Part shown: positions 29,093 through 36,501 of the stretch, one piece after another
Numbering within the stretch: position 1 is the stretch's first letter
Layout: each line of letters opens with the position of its first letter
Origin: an uncultured Lachnospiraceae bacterium
Lineage (GTDB): Bacteria; Bacillota; Clostridia; Lachnospirales; Lachnospiraceae
Reading direction: 5' to 3'
Assembly (NCBI GenBank): GCA_902783945.1
Contig: CACZSZ010000022.1
Location: forward strand, 1-36,501
Length of the DNA: 36,501 bases
Position numbers and translations under genes: made by a program
Notes under the pieces: model-generated
The model's input: the letters and a program-made list of their open reading frames with translations, nothing else
Databases searched by the model: none
Told to the model about the DNA's origin: nothing

Positions 29093-29528
29093 GTATACGA
29101 TGAATGAGTATACACTGAAGGATATAGAACCCGGTCTGGAGGCTTCATTTACAAAAACCATGACGGTGGAAATGGAAGACGCCTTCCGGCAGATAACAGG
29201 CGATGACAATCCGCTTCACCGGGATGACGGGTTCGCGAAAGAAATCGGCGGGGGAAGGTTCAGAGGACATGCCTCCTTCGGTATGCTGACAGCCTCGCTG
29301 TATTCTACGATGGCCGGCATGTATCTGCCGGGGAAATACAGCCTGATCCACAGTTTTGATGAGATCTCCTTCCTGAAACTGGTGTTTGCGGGGGATGAAC
29401 TGACAGTGACCGGGACGGTCATCGATAAAAATGAAGATCTGAAACTGATCATGCTGAAGGTGGTTATCCGGAATCAGGACGGGAAGGCGGTCTCCAGGGC
29501 AAAAATGAAGGTCCTGGTTTTGAAATAA
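29085..29528 (+). CDS. MaoC/PhaJ-like hot-dog-fold dehydratase
   Basis: F-x-x-ITGDDNPLH-x-D hydratase-2 motif, GML, LPG, GDEL. The start could be 29100. Confidence 0.9.
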   Translation: MSEYTMNEYTLKDIEPGLEASFTKTMTVEMEDAFRQITGDDNPLHRDDGFAKEIGGGRFRGHASFGMLTASLYSTMAGMYLPGKYSLIHSFDEISFLKLVFAGDELTVTGTVIDKNEDLKLIMLKVVIRNQDGKAVSRAKMKVLVLK

Positions 29529-29554
29529 CAGGGGCAGAAACGGAGGAAAAAGAA

Positions 29555-29797
29555 ATGACAAGAGAAGAAGTATACGAGAGACTGAACAATGTGTTCCGTG
29601 AGGTGCTTGATGATGATTCTATCGAACTTCACGACGAGACGGTTGCGGATGATGTGGACGGATGGGATTCCTTTGAACATATCAATCTTGTGGTCGGTGT
29701 GGAAGAAGAGTTTGATTTCAAGATCCCGATGGGCAAGGTCGTGACCATGAAAAACGTGGGAGAGATGGTAGATATCATCCTGGAGATGGGTAAGTAA
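29555..29797 (+). CDS. Acyl carrier protein
   Basis: 80 aa, acidic, GWDS(39) phosphopantetheinylation site, VEEEFDFKI, NVGEMV; GGAGG RBS. Confidence 0.92.
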   Translation: MTREEVYERLNNVFREVLDDDSIELHDETVADDVDGWDSFEHINLVVGVEEEFDFKIPMGKVVTMKNVGEMVDIILEMGK

Positions 29798-31353
29798 TGA
29801 CCATAACATCATTTTGGTTCCTGGTATTCGTCGTATTGGGAGTGCTGATATATTATGTGATTCCAAAGAAGCTGCAGTGGCTGGAGCTTCTTTTATTGAG
29901 TCTGGTTTTTTACTGGTTTGCGGCCACGCCCTATACGATCGTCTACCTGATCGCGGTCACCGCGATCGCCTATGCCGCGTCCATCCTGAGCAGTAAGGCA
30001 CAGCAGAAAGAAAACGGTTTGAAAAAAGCATGGGCTGTCACCGGGACAGCCATAACCGTGATCCTGGTGATCTGGCTGGTCGTAAAAGGCAGGGGACTCT
30101 GGTATCCGGTACTGGCTAAGATCCTGGGTGCCCTGAAGCCTTCCTTTATGGACGGTGTGAATGCTTTCCAGCCGGTCGCCGCGCTTGGCATGGGGTATTT
30201 TACTCTGCAGATCCTGGGTTATGTCATCGACTGTTACTGGGGTAATGAAGAGCCGCAGAAGAATCCACTGAAGCTGTTCCTTTTTGTGGGCTGGTTCCCA
30301 CAGCTCACGACGGGACCGATCAGCAGATATGGACAGTTGAAATCTCTTTTCGAAGGACACTCGTTCAGTTATCAGAATATCTGTATGGGTGCGCAGCGCA
30401 TTCTCTGGGGATTCTTTAAAAAACTGGTGATAGCGGAGCGGCTGGGCATTATTGTGTCGGGCATTAACGGGGATTTTGCACAGTTTCACGGCTGCTGGTC
30501 ATGGATCCTGCTGCTGATCTATCCGCTGCAGATGTATGCGGATTTTTCCGGATGCATGGATATCGTCCTGGGAGTTTCAGAACTGTTCGATATCCGGTTG
30601 GCAGAAAATTTCAATAATCCGTTTTTTGCGAGAAGCTCTCAGGAGTTCTGGCAGAGATGGCATATCACGCTGGGATCCTGGGCAAAGGACTATGTCCTGT
30701 ATCCGCTGCTGAAGTGGGGCCCCATGATCCGTTTTGGCAAGGCAACAAAGAAGAAATTTGGCAGAAAGTGGGGGAAATTCCTCAAAAACTGCGTAGGAAT
30801 GTTCTGCTTGTGGATGGTAATGGGCATCTGGCATGGAGGATACCGTTATATTCTGGGGGTAAGCCTCTGGTACTGGGTCATCCTGATGCTTGGAAATCTG
30901 CTGACGCCGTGGTTTGAAAAGATTACGAAAAGACTGGGCATGAAGGTGGAAAGCTTCAGCTGGCATCTGTTCCAGTCTGCAAGAACGTATCTCATTTACG
31001 CAGTGGGAGCCGCGTTCTTCCTGAGAGGAGTTTTCGGGGGAGCCGGTCTTCTGAAAGATTGTCTCCGGGTATTTGCCGTGAGAGGATATGCAAATCCCTG
31101 GGTGATTTTCGACGGGACTATAGTAAACACGGGGATCGCGTACCGTGACCTGAATCTGGTCATTTTGGGAATTGTTTTGATGATCATCGTCGCCATTCTC
31201 CGGGAAAAGTACGGATACGCCAGAATATGGGCTGCCGGGCAGAGCGTCGTTTTCAGGTGGATGGTCTGGTGCCTGCTGTTTGTGCTCGTTTTGGTATACG
31301 GAATGTACGGATCCGGTTATGAAGCAGGCGCGTTCATATATCAGGGATTTTGA
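29797..31353 (+). CDS. MBOAT membrane acyltransferase (DltB/AlgI/PatA-like) with fused C-terminal FIYQGF motif
   Basis: FPQLTTGPISR, GFFKKLVIA, YADFSG, ENFNNPF...EFWQRWHITL, GIWHG (catalytic His); ends AFIYQGF-stop; TAATG coupling to the ACP gene. Confidence 0.93.
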   Translation: MTITSFWFLVFVVLGVLIYYVIPKKLQWLELLLLSLVFYWFAATPYTIVYLIAVTAIAYAASILSSKAQQKENGLKKAWAVTGTAITVILVIWLVVKGRGLWYPVLAKILGALKPSFMDGVNAFQPVAALGMGYFTLQILGYVIDCYWGNEEPQKNPLKLFLFVGWFPQLTTGPISRYGQLKSLFEGHSFSYQNICMGAQRILWGFFKKLVIAERLGIIVSGINGDFAQFHGCWSWILLLIYPLQMYADFSGCMDIVLGVSELFDIRLAENFNNPFFARSSQEFWQRWHITLGSWAKDYVLYPLLKWGPMIRFGKATKKKFGRKWGKFLKNCVGMFCLWMVMGIWHGGYRYILGVSLWYWVILMLGNLLTPWFEKITKRLGMKVESFSWHLFQSARTYLIYAVGAAFFLRGVFGGAGLLKDCLRVFAVRGYANPWVIFDGTIVNTGIAYRDLNLVILGIVLMIIVAILREKYGYARIWAAGQSVVFRWMVWCLLFVLVLVYGMYGSGYEAGAFIYQGF

Positions 31354-31365
31354 TCGGGGCAGTGT

Positions 31366-32874
31366 ATGAAGAAGAATGTAGTGAAACGCGTAGCAGGCTT
31401 CCTGATCTTTGCCGTTGTCATTGTGGCTCTGTTCTGCAATCTGACATGGCTGTTCAGGGGAAACGGAAGCGAGGCCAGAGAAGAGATCGGCGGGTTCAGA
31501 AATCAGGGACCGATCGATGTTGTGTTTTACGGGGCCAGTAACGTCCTGCGGTATTACGAGCCGCTGACCGCATGGAAAAAGGAAGGATTTACTTCCTATA
31601 ACTATGCTGTTCTGTCGGGTCAGGCCGACTCCATGAAGGACTATATAGCTGAGAGCCGCAGATCAAATGAGGCAGCTCTGTATGTGTGTGATATCCGTGC
31701 GTTTACCATGATCGAGGATGATGTCATGGAAGGCGGCATGAGGAACTGGACGGATTCGCTGCCGGTTTTTTCGCCGGACAGATGGAAGGGGATCACATCC
31801 TATCTGTTTTCAAGGGATACAGAGGATCTGGATGTTCCTTCCTATTATTTCGATCTGCTGAAATATCACACAAATTATGAGGCACTTTCCGATGAGGCGC
31901 AGTGGCGGAATCTGGATCGAAGCGCTGTATATAATGTAGATAAAGGTTTTGAACCGACAGAGGGACACATTCCCTTTGAAAAGCCGGAGATTTCCGAAGA
32001 AAGGACAGAACTGACCGAGCGGCAGTCCGCTGCGCTGGAGGAACTGCTGGATTATTGCGATAAAGAAAAGCTGCCGGTACTGTTTATCTGCAACCCTATT
32101 ATTATGAAAGGGGACGACTGCGGACTGCTGAATACTATCGGCGACAGGATCACGGAAAGAGGGTACACGTTTCTGAATTTCAACCGGTATTACGACGATA
32201 TAGGACTGGATTTTGAAATGGATTTCGGAGATGTGAATCACGTCAATTATCTGGGAGCGGAAAAATATACAGAGTATCTGGCAGAGTATATTTCATCTCA
32301 CTATGATCTCCCGGATCACCGGGATGATCCTGCCTATGAGCAGTGGAATATCGACTGTGAATCCTATGCGGAGCAGCAGAAGGAGTGGGAGAACAGTGCG
32401 CGCACAGCGGCGGAGGGGCATCTGCAGAGTAAGGAAAACTGGGTCGGAGTCAGAAGCTGCAGCGATTTCACAACCTGGTTTTCGGAGGTGAACTCTCCGG
32501 ATTACAGTGTGCTGGTACTGATGACGGATGTTCCCGAAACACTGGCTGTTACCAATCCGTTCCGGGAAATGGCCGAAAAATACGGGATCGAACTGGGAAC
32601 AGACAGCCTGGCCGGAGTCTGGAGCGGCGGAGAAGAGATGGCTGTTTCTTATAATGAGGAATCGATACTGGTATTTATCGGGGTCGACGGCGGACGGGGG
32701 ACGCCGGCATGTAAAATTTCTGCTCCCGAGCAGCTTATACGTATCGGGACAGACAATTATTTCGTGCCGGGACAGAAGAATCAGATCGTGATCTATGACA
32801 ATAATTATCAGGCTCCGGTCGACCGCGTTTACGTTGATCTCACAGAGGAGGAGACCGTCATAAGAAGGCAGTAA
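31366..32874 (+). CDS. Membrane-anchored extracellular SGNH-like acyltransferase (DltD/PatB/AlgJ-like role) with extra C-terminal domain
   Basis: N-terminal TM; VVFYGASN (block I Ser); DFGDVNHVNYLGA (DxxH); 12 nt downstream of the MBOAT gene. Confidence 0.78.
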   Translation: MKKNVVKRVAGFLIFAVVIVALFCNLTWLFRGNGSEAREEIGGFRNQGPIDVVFYGASNVLRYYEPLTAWKKEGFTSYNYAVLSGQADSMKDYIAESRRSNEAALYVCDIRAFTMIEDDVMEGGMRNWTDSLPVFSPDRWKGITSYLFSRDTEDLDVPSYYFDLLKYHTNYEALSDEAQWRNLDRSAVYNVDKGFEPTEGHIPFEKPEISEERTELTERQSAALEELLDYCDKEKLPVLFICNPIIMKGDDCGLLNTIGDRITERGYTFLNFNRYYDDIGLDFEMDFGDVNHVNYLGAEKYTEYLAEYISSHYDLPDHRDDPAYEQWNIDCESYAEQQKEWENSARTAAEGHLQSKENWVGVRSCSDFTTWFSEVNSPDYSVLVLMTDVPETLAVTNPFREMAEKYGIELGTDSLAGVWSGGEEMAVSYNEESILVFIGVDGGRGTPACKISAPEQLIRIGTDNYFVPGQKNQIVIYDNNYQAPVDRVYVDLTEEETVIRRQ

Positions 32875-32912
32875 CGGTGGAATGGAGCGGATAAATCCGT
32901 GACAGTTAGTAC

Positions 32913-32941
32913 TTGCAAAGACAGAGATATGACTATAGAAT
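32913..32941 (+). promoter_or_regulatory. Sigma-A-like promoter for the ChW-transglutaminase gene (and perhaps cbiK)
   Basis: TTGCAA, 17-nt spacer, TAGAAT. Confidence 0.6.
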
Positions 32942-33024
32942 GTAAAAAGATAATTGCCCGTATCGGCTTTTCTGAACAGCACAGCTGAACAGATTCAACT
33001 TTTAAGGAAAACAGGGAGCGTATC

Positions 33025-34809
33025 ATGAGAAAGAAAAGTTTTAAATGGATCAGTGTTTTTGCGGCTGCAGCTCTGCTCATGACAGGAGCGGCACCGGCGC
33101 TGGCGCAGGACAATGAGCCTGTTCCGGAATTCGTGCAGGAGGCGGCACCGGAAGCATCGGAAGAAACGGTAATTGCCGGAGAACCCGCTGCGGAAGAATA
33201 TGTGTTGGAAGAAACCGCTGCTGCGAATGATGCTGCTGTGGCAGAAGAACCGGCAGCGGCCGCAGGGATCAGCGAAGATATAGTTCCCGCAGCTGACAGC
33301 GTCGTCGTGGAGGAACCCGCCGCGGCCAGCACGGAAAGCACAGATGCCGTAGAAGAACAGCCTGCGGAAGAGGAAGCTGAAGAAGCCATTGAGGCAGAGG
33401 CAGAGGATGATCTGCAGCAGGCGGAAGAAGAGACACCTGTCGTCTCCTATCACACGCATGTACAGACATTCGGCTGGGAGAAGGACTGGAAAGAAAACGG
33501 TGCCGTGAGCGGCACGGTCGGCCAGGCCAAACGTCTGGAAGGCATCGAGATCAAAGTTGACGGAGTGGAAGGCCTGGGCATTTCCTACCGTACACATGTG
33601 CAGTCGATCGGCTGGCAGGGCTATGTGAGTGATGGTAAAATGGCCGGTACCGAAGGTCAGTCCAAGCGTCTGGAAGCCATCCAGATCAAGCTGACCGGTG
33701 ATGCAGCCGCAGATTATGATGTGTACTATTGTGTTCATGTACAGACATATGGCTGGCTGAACTGGGCAAAGAACGATGAAATGGCCGGTACTTCAGGATA
33801 TTCGAAACGGCTGGAAGGAATCTGTGTTAAGATCCAGAAAAAAGGTGAGGCGGCTCCCGCTCCGCTGGGGACACGTTCCGTCGCTGCCCTGCACGGCACT
33901 GTTGCCTACCAGACACATGTGCAGAGCCACGGCTGGCAGGGTTATGTGAGTGACGGGGCGATATCCGGAACGACCGGTCAGTCCAAGCGTCTGGAAGGCA
34001 TCCGCATCCGCTTCGGCGATCAGCCGCTTCCCGGTTTTATTCAGTACAAAACACACATCCAGGGAATCGGATGGGAAAGCGGATGGAGAGGCACGGATAT
34101 GATGAGCGGCACGGAAGGCCAGTCCAGACGGCTGGAGGCGATCCGGATCAGGCTCTACAGTGCAGACCACGCGTTAGAAAACGAATATGACATCTGGTAC
34201 CGCACTCATGTGCAGAATTACGGCTGGACAGGCTGGGCCAAAGATGGTGCCCCGTGCGGAAGTGAAGGGATCTCATACCGTCTGGAAAGCATTCAGATCA
34301 AACTGCTTCCGAAGGGAAGCGATGCGCCGGGAACTACGGACAGCACCCTTTATACACAGACTATCGAGGAAGCTCTGGGCGGCGCTCTTATGGTCAAGGC
34401 GTATAATTACGTAAACTCCATCACCAATGCGGCCATGACAAAAGAACAGAAGCTGCGTACCTGCTTCGACAGCTTTATCAACTTCCGCGAAGTACTGGTC
34501 TATTTCCCGGTATACTCCGCATCTGACTGGCCCCAGGTATATGCGAATCATTTCTTCGATTACTGGTCAGGTGACTGCCTGACATATGCTTCGGCATTTG
34601 CCTACATGGCGAAAGCGATCGGATATGACAATGTCTACGCACTCAACAGTACCGGGCACGGCTGGGCTGAGATCAACGATCTGATCTATGATCCGGAGTT
34701 CAGTCTGCACAGCTATGATATGTACGGACTGCCTTACAGCTCGGTGCCTGCGTATGCGAATGTCCGCAATGCGGCAGGACCCGGAAATACATACAGAATG
34801 AAAATCTGA
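33025..34809 (+). CDS. Secreted protein with six ChW repeats and a C-terminal transglutaminase-like (Cys-His-Asp) domain
   Basis: Signal peptide ending PALA; acidic linker; six ChW repeats; GDCLTYA...AIGY, GHGWAEI, IYDPE. Confidence 0.85.
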   Translation: MRKKSFKWISVFAAAALLMTGAAPALAQDNEPVPEFVQEAAPEASEETVIAGEPAAEEYVLEETAAANDAAVAEEPAAAAGISEDIVPAADSVVVEEPAAASTESTDAVEEQPAEEEAEEAIEAEAEDDLQQAEEETPVVSYHTHVQTFGWEKDWKENGAVSGTVGQAKRLEGIEIKVDGVEGLGISYRTHVQSIGWQGYVSDGKMAGTEGQSKRLEAIQIKLTGDAAADYDVYYCVHVQTYGWLNWAKNDEMAGTSGYSKRLEGICVKIQKKGEAAPAPLGTRSVAALHGTVAYQTHVQSHGWQGYVSDGAISGTTGQSKRLEGIRIRFGDQPLPGFIQYKTHIQGIGWESGWRGTDMMSGTEGQSRRLEAIRIRLYSADHALENEYDIWYRTHVQNYGWTGWAKDGAPCGSEGISYRLESIQIKLLPKGSDAPGTTDSTLYTQTIEEALGGALMVKAYNYVNSITNAAMTKEQKLRTCFDSFINFREVLVYFPVYSASDWPQVYANHFFDYWSGDCLTYASAFAYMAKAIGYDNVYALNSTGHGWAEINDLIYDPEFSLHSYDMYGLPYSSVPAYANVRNAAGPGNTYRMKI

Positions 34810-34864
34810 CAATGACAGAGACTCGTTATAAAGTTAAACAGAAAGTAATAAAGGAGGAAATCTA

Positions 34865-36313
34865 ATGAAAAAGAAATTAATGGCAATTATGCTGAGCGGC
34901 GCAATGGCAGTGTCCATGGCAGCCGGATATGCGGCTCCCGTTCTGGCAGCTGAGGAAGCGACAGAAGAAGACAAGGCGGCGGCAGATAATGTGGCTGCCC
35001 TGATCGATGCGATCTATGTGCAGGCGCGCACGGAAGAGACTGATGCGCAGTGTGCTGCCGCAAAAGAAGCCTGGGATGCCCTGACGGACGCTCAGAAAGA
35101 GCTTGTGGAAGGCGAATTTGCCGATCCGGATTATTTCGGCAGAGATACCGGGGATGCCTCTGCGGATAACCCGCGCAACGGCGACGAGATCGGAGAGAAT
35201 GAGCTTCTGGTCGTCAGCTTCGGCACATCTTTCAATGACAGCCGCGCCCAGGACATCGGCGGCATCGAGGCTGCTCTGGAAGCAGCGTATCCGGAATGGT
35301 CCGTCAGAAGGGCCTTTACGGCACAGATCATTATCAACCATGTGGAAGCACGCGACGGCGAGTATATCGACAACATGGACCAGGCTCTGCAGCGTGCCGT
35401 CAATAACGGTGTGAAGAATCTGGTGGTCCAGCCGACACATCTGATGCAGGGTGCCGAGTATGATGAACTGTGTGCAGCGATCGACGCTTATGCGGGTCAG
35501 TTTGAGAACGTAAAGGTTGCCAAACCGCTCCTGGGCGATGTCGGTGAGGATGCTTCCGTGACCAACAGCGACAAAGAGGCGGTTGCCAAGGCTGTTGCCG
35601 CACAGGCGGCTGCCGATGCCGGCTATCCCGGAATCAATGAAGCCGCTGCAGACGGGGTGGCGTTTGTCTTTATGGGTCATGGTACAGCTCATTCAGCTGC
35701 CGTGACATATGACCAGATGCAGTCACAGATGGAAGCTCTGGGCTATGCAAATGCCTTTATCGGTACGGTGGAAGGTGAACCGGAAGATACCGAGTGCAGC
35801 GCTGTCATCGAGAAAATCAAGAACGCTGGATACACAAGTGTTGTTCTTCGTCCGCTGATGGTCGTAGCCGGCGATCATGCCAACAACGATATGGCGGGAG
35901 ACGACGCAGAGTCCTGGAAGAGCATGTTCGAAGCTTCCGGCGCCTTTGAGAACGTAACATGCCAGATCAGCGGTCTCGGACGTATCGCGGATGTGCAGGC
36001 AGTCTATGTGGCGCATACAGCAGAAGCAATGAATGCCAGCAGCACAGCGGAAGCTCCGGCAGCGGAAGCCCCGGCTCCGGCAGCAGAAGCTCCGGCCCCG
36101 GCAGCAGAAGCCCCGGCACCGGCAGCGGAAGCCCCGGCACCGGCAGAGGAAGCTCCGGCCCCGGCTCCGGTAGAGGAAGCTCCGGCCCCGGCTCCGGCCC
36201 CGGCAGATACAGCTGCTCCGGCAGGTGAGGTTATCGGTCAGAATGTGATTCAGAATTGCGACGGAACCCAGACTGTTGAGGTCATTCTGGACACCGGCGA
36301 AGTGGTTGAATAA
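34865..36313 (+). CDS. cbiK: Exported sirohydrochlorin cobaltochelatase-like protein (CbiK family) with Ala/Pro/Glu tail
   Basis: LVVSFGTS, RRAFTAQII, VQPTHLM.G.EY, FMGHGT and PLMVVAGDHANNDMAG (both metal His); signal peptide MKKKLMAIML...PVLA; AAGGAGG RBS. Confidence 0.88.
   Translation: MKKKLMAIMLSGAMAVSMAAGYAAPVLAAEEATEEDKAAADNVAALIDAIYVQARTEETDAQCAAAKEAWDALTDAQKELVEGEFADPDYFGRDTGDASADNPRNGDEIGENELLVVSFGTSFNDSRAQDIGGIEAALEAAYPEWSVRRAFTAQIIINHVEARDGEYIDNMDQALQRAVNNGVKNLVVQPTHLMQGAEYDELCAAIDAYAGQFENVKVAKPLLGDVGEDASVTNSDKEAVAKAVAAQAAADAGYPGINEAAADGVAFVFMGHGTAHSAAVTYDQMQSQMEALGYANAFIGTVEGEPEDTECSAVIEKIKNAGYTSVVLRPLMVVAGDHANNDMAGDDAESWKSMFEASGAFENVTCQISGLGRIADVQAVYVAHTAEAMNASSTAEAPAAEAPAPAAEAPAPAAEAPAPAAEAPAPAEEAPAPAPVEEAPAPAPAPADTAAPAGEVIGQNVIQNCDGTQTVEVILDTGEVVE
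36047..36205 (+). repeat. 21-bp in-frame tandem repeat (AEAPAPA) with length variants
   Basis: gc(a/g)gaagc(c/t)ccggc.ccggca repeated about seven times. Confidence 0.88.
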
Positions 36314-36364
36314 TACATGTTCCGGTAATTGAGGAATAACAGCAAAGTAAATCAGATATGCAGG

Positions 36365-36396
36365 AAACGCCGGGAGAATGATTGTTCCGGCGTTTT
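36365..36396 (+). terminator. Rho-independent terminator after cbiK
   Basis: AAACGCCGG / CCGGCGTTTT stem. Confidence 0.7.
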
Positions 36397-36421
36397 ACAA
36401 TGACTCATTTGAAGAAAAAAG

Positions 36422-36449
36422 GTGACAATCCGCAGAATATATGTATAAT
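36422..36449 (+). promoter_or_regulatory. Promoter for a gene starting beyond the window
   Basis: GTGACA, 16-nt spacer, TATAAT; RBS-like GAGAGGTG near the window end. Confidence 0.5.
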
Positions 36450-36501
36450 AGGAAAATGAGCGTTTGTATTTTTTTTAACACAGGAAAGTGAGAGGTGAAG
36501 A

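Noticed and set aside
25313-29209. 500-, 368- and 465-aa antisense ORFs across the FkbH operon
   Set aside because: They span boundaries of motif-bearing sense genes and have the composition of reverse-frame artefacts.
24644-29797. PKS/NRPS secondary-metabolite cluster (methoxymalonyl-ACP or tetronate type)
   Set aside because: No ketosynthase, FabH-like, condensation, acyl-ACP dehydrogenase or O-methyltransferase genes; coupling to MBOAT-SGNH points to envelope acylation.
29555-32874. Canonical dltABCD operon
   Set aside because: No DltA adenylation enzyme and no separate dltX; the MBOAT is the long AlgI-like form, so dlt symbols were not assigned.
22500-34860. Mobile element or genomic island boundaries around the acylation locus
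   Set aside because: No integrase, transposase, tRNA or flanking direct repeats seen; fkbH looks somewhat more AT-rich by eye but I cannot quantify it.
34810-34864. Cobalamin riboswitch upstream of cbiK
   Set aside because: Only 55 bp of intergenic DNA and no B12-box.

Overview
Bacterial chromosomal segment, most likely a Clostridia/Lachnospiraceae-type Firmicute (inferred from ChW-repeat proteins, CdaA-CdaR, sigma-A-like promoters and gene order). Left part: a zinc-ribbon/TPR membrane-protein cluster interrupted by an orphan L-fucose isomerase gene (fucI). Middle: a housekeeping run of lepA, hemW, uvrA, an mreB-like gene, recD2, comF, two membrane proteins, cdaA, cdaR and htrA. Right part (22.5-36.3 kb) is the most interesting. 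It holds a tightly coupled 8-gene operon (FkbH-like glyceryl transferase, aldo-keto reductase, split transketolase N and C, MaoC dehydratase, acyl carrier protein, MBOAT ending in a DltX-like FIYQGF motif, membrane-anchored SGNH/DltD-like protein). This looks like a Dlt/AlgIJ-style envelope acylation machine that builds its own glycerate-derived acyl group on an ACP. It is bracketed by two secreted 6xChW-repeat enzymes (an SGNH esterase-like and a transglutaminase-like protein) and followed by a signal-peptide-bearing CbiK. No rRNA, tRNA, CRISPR array or transposase was recognised. All calls come from motif reading by eye; no database search was run.
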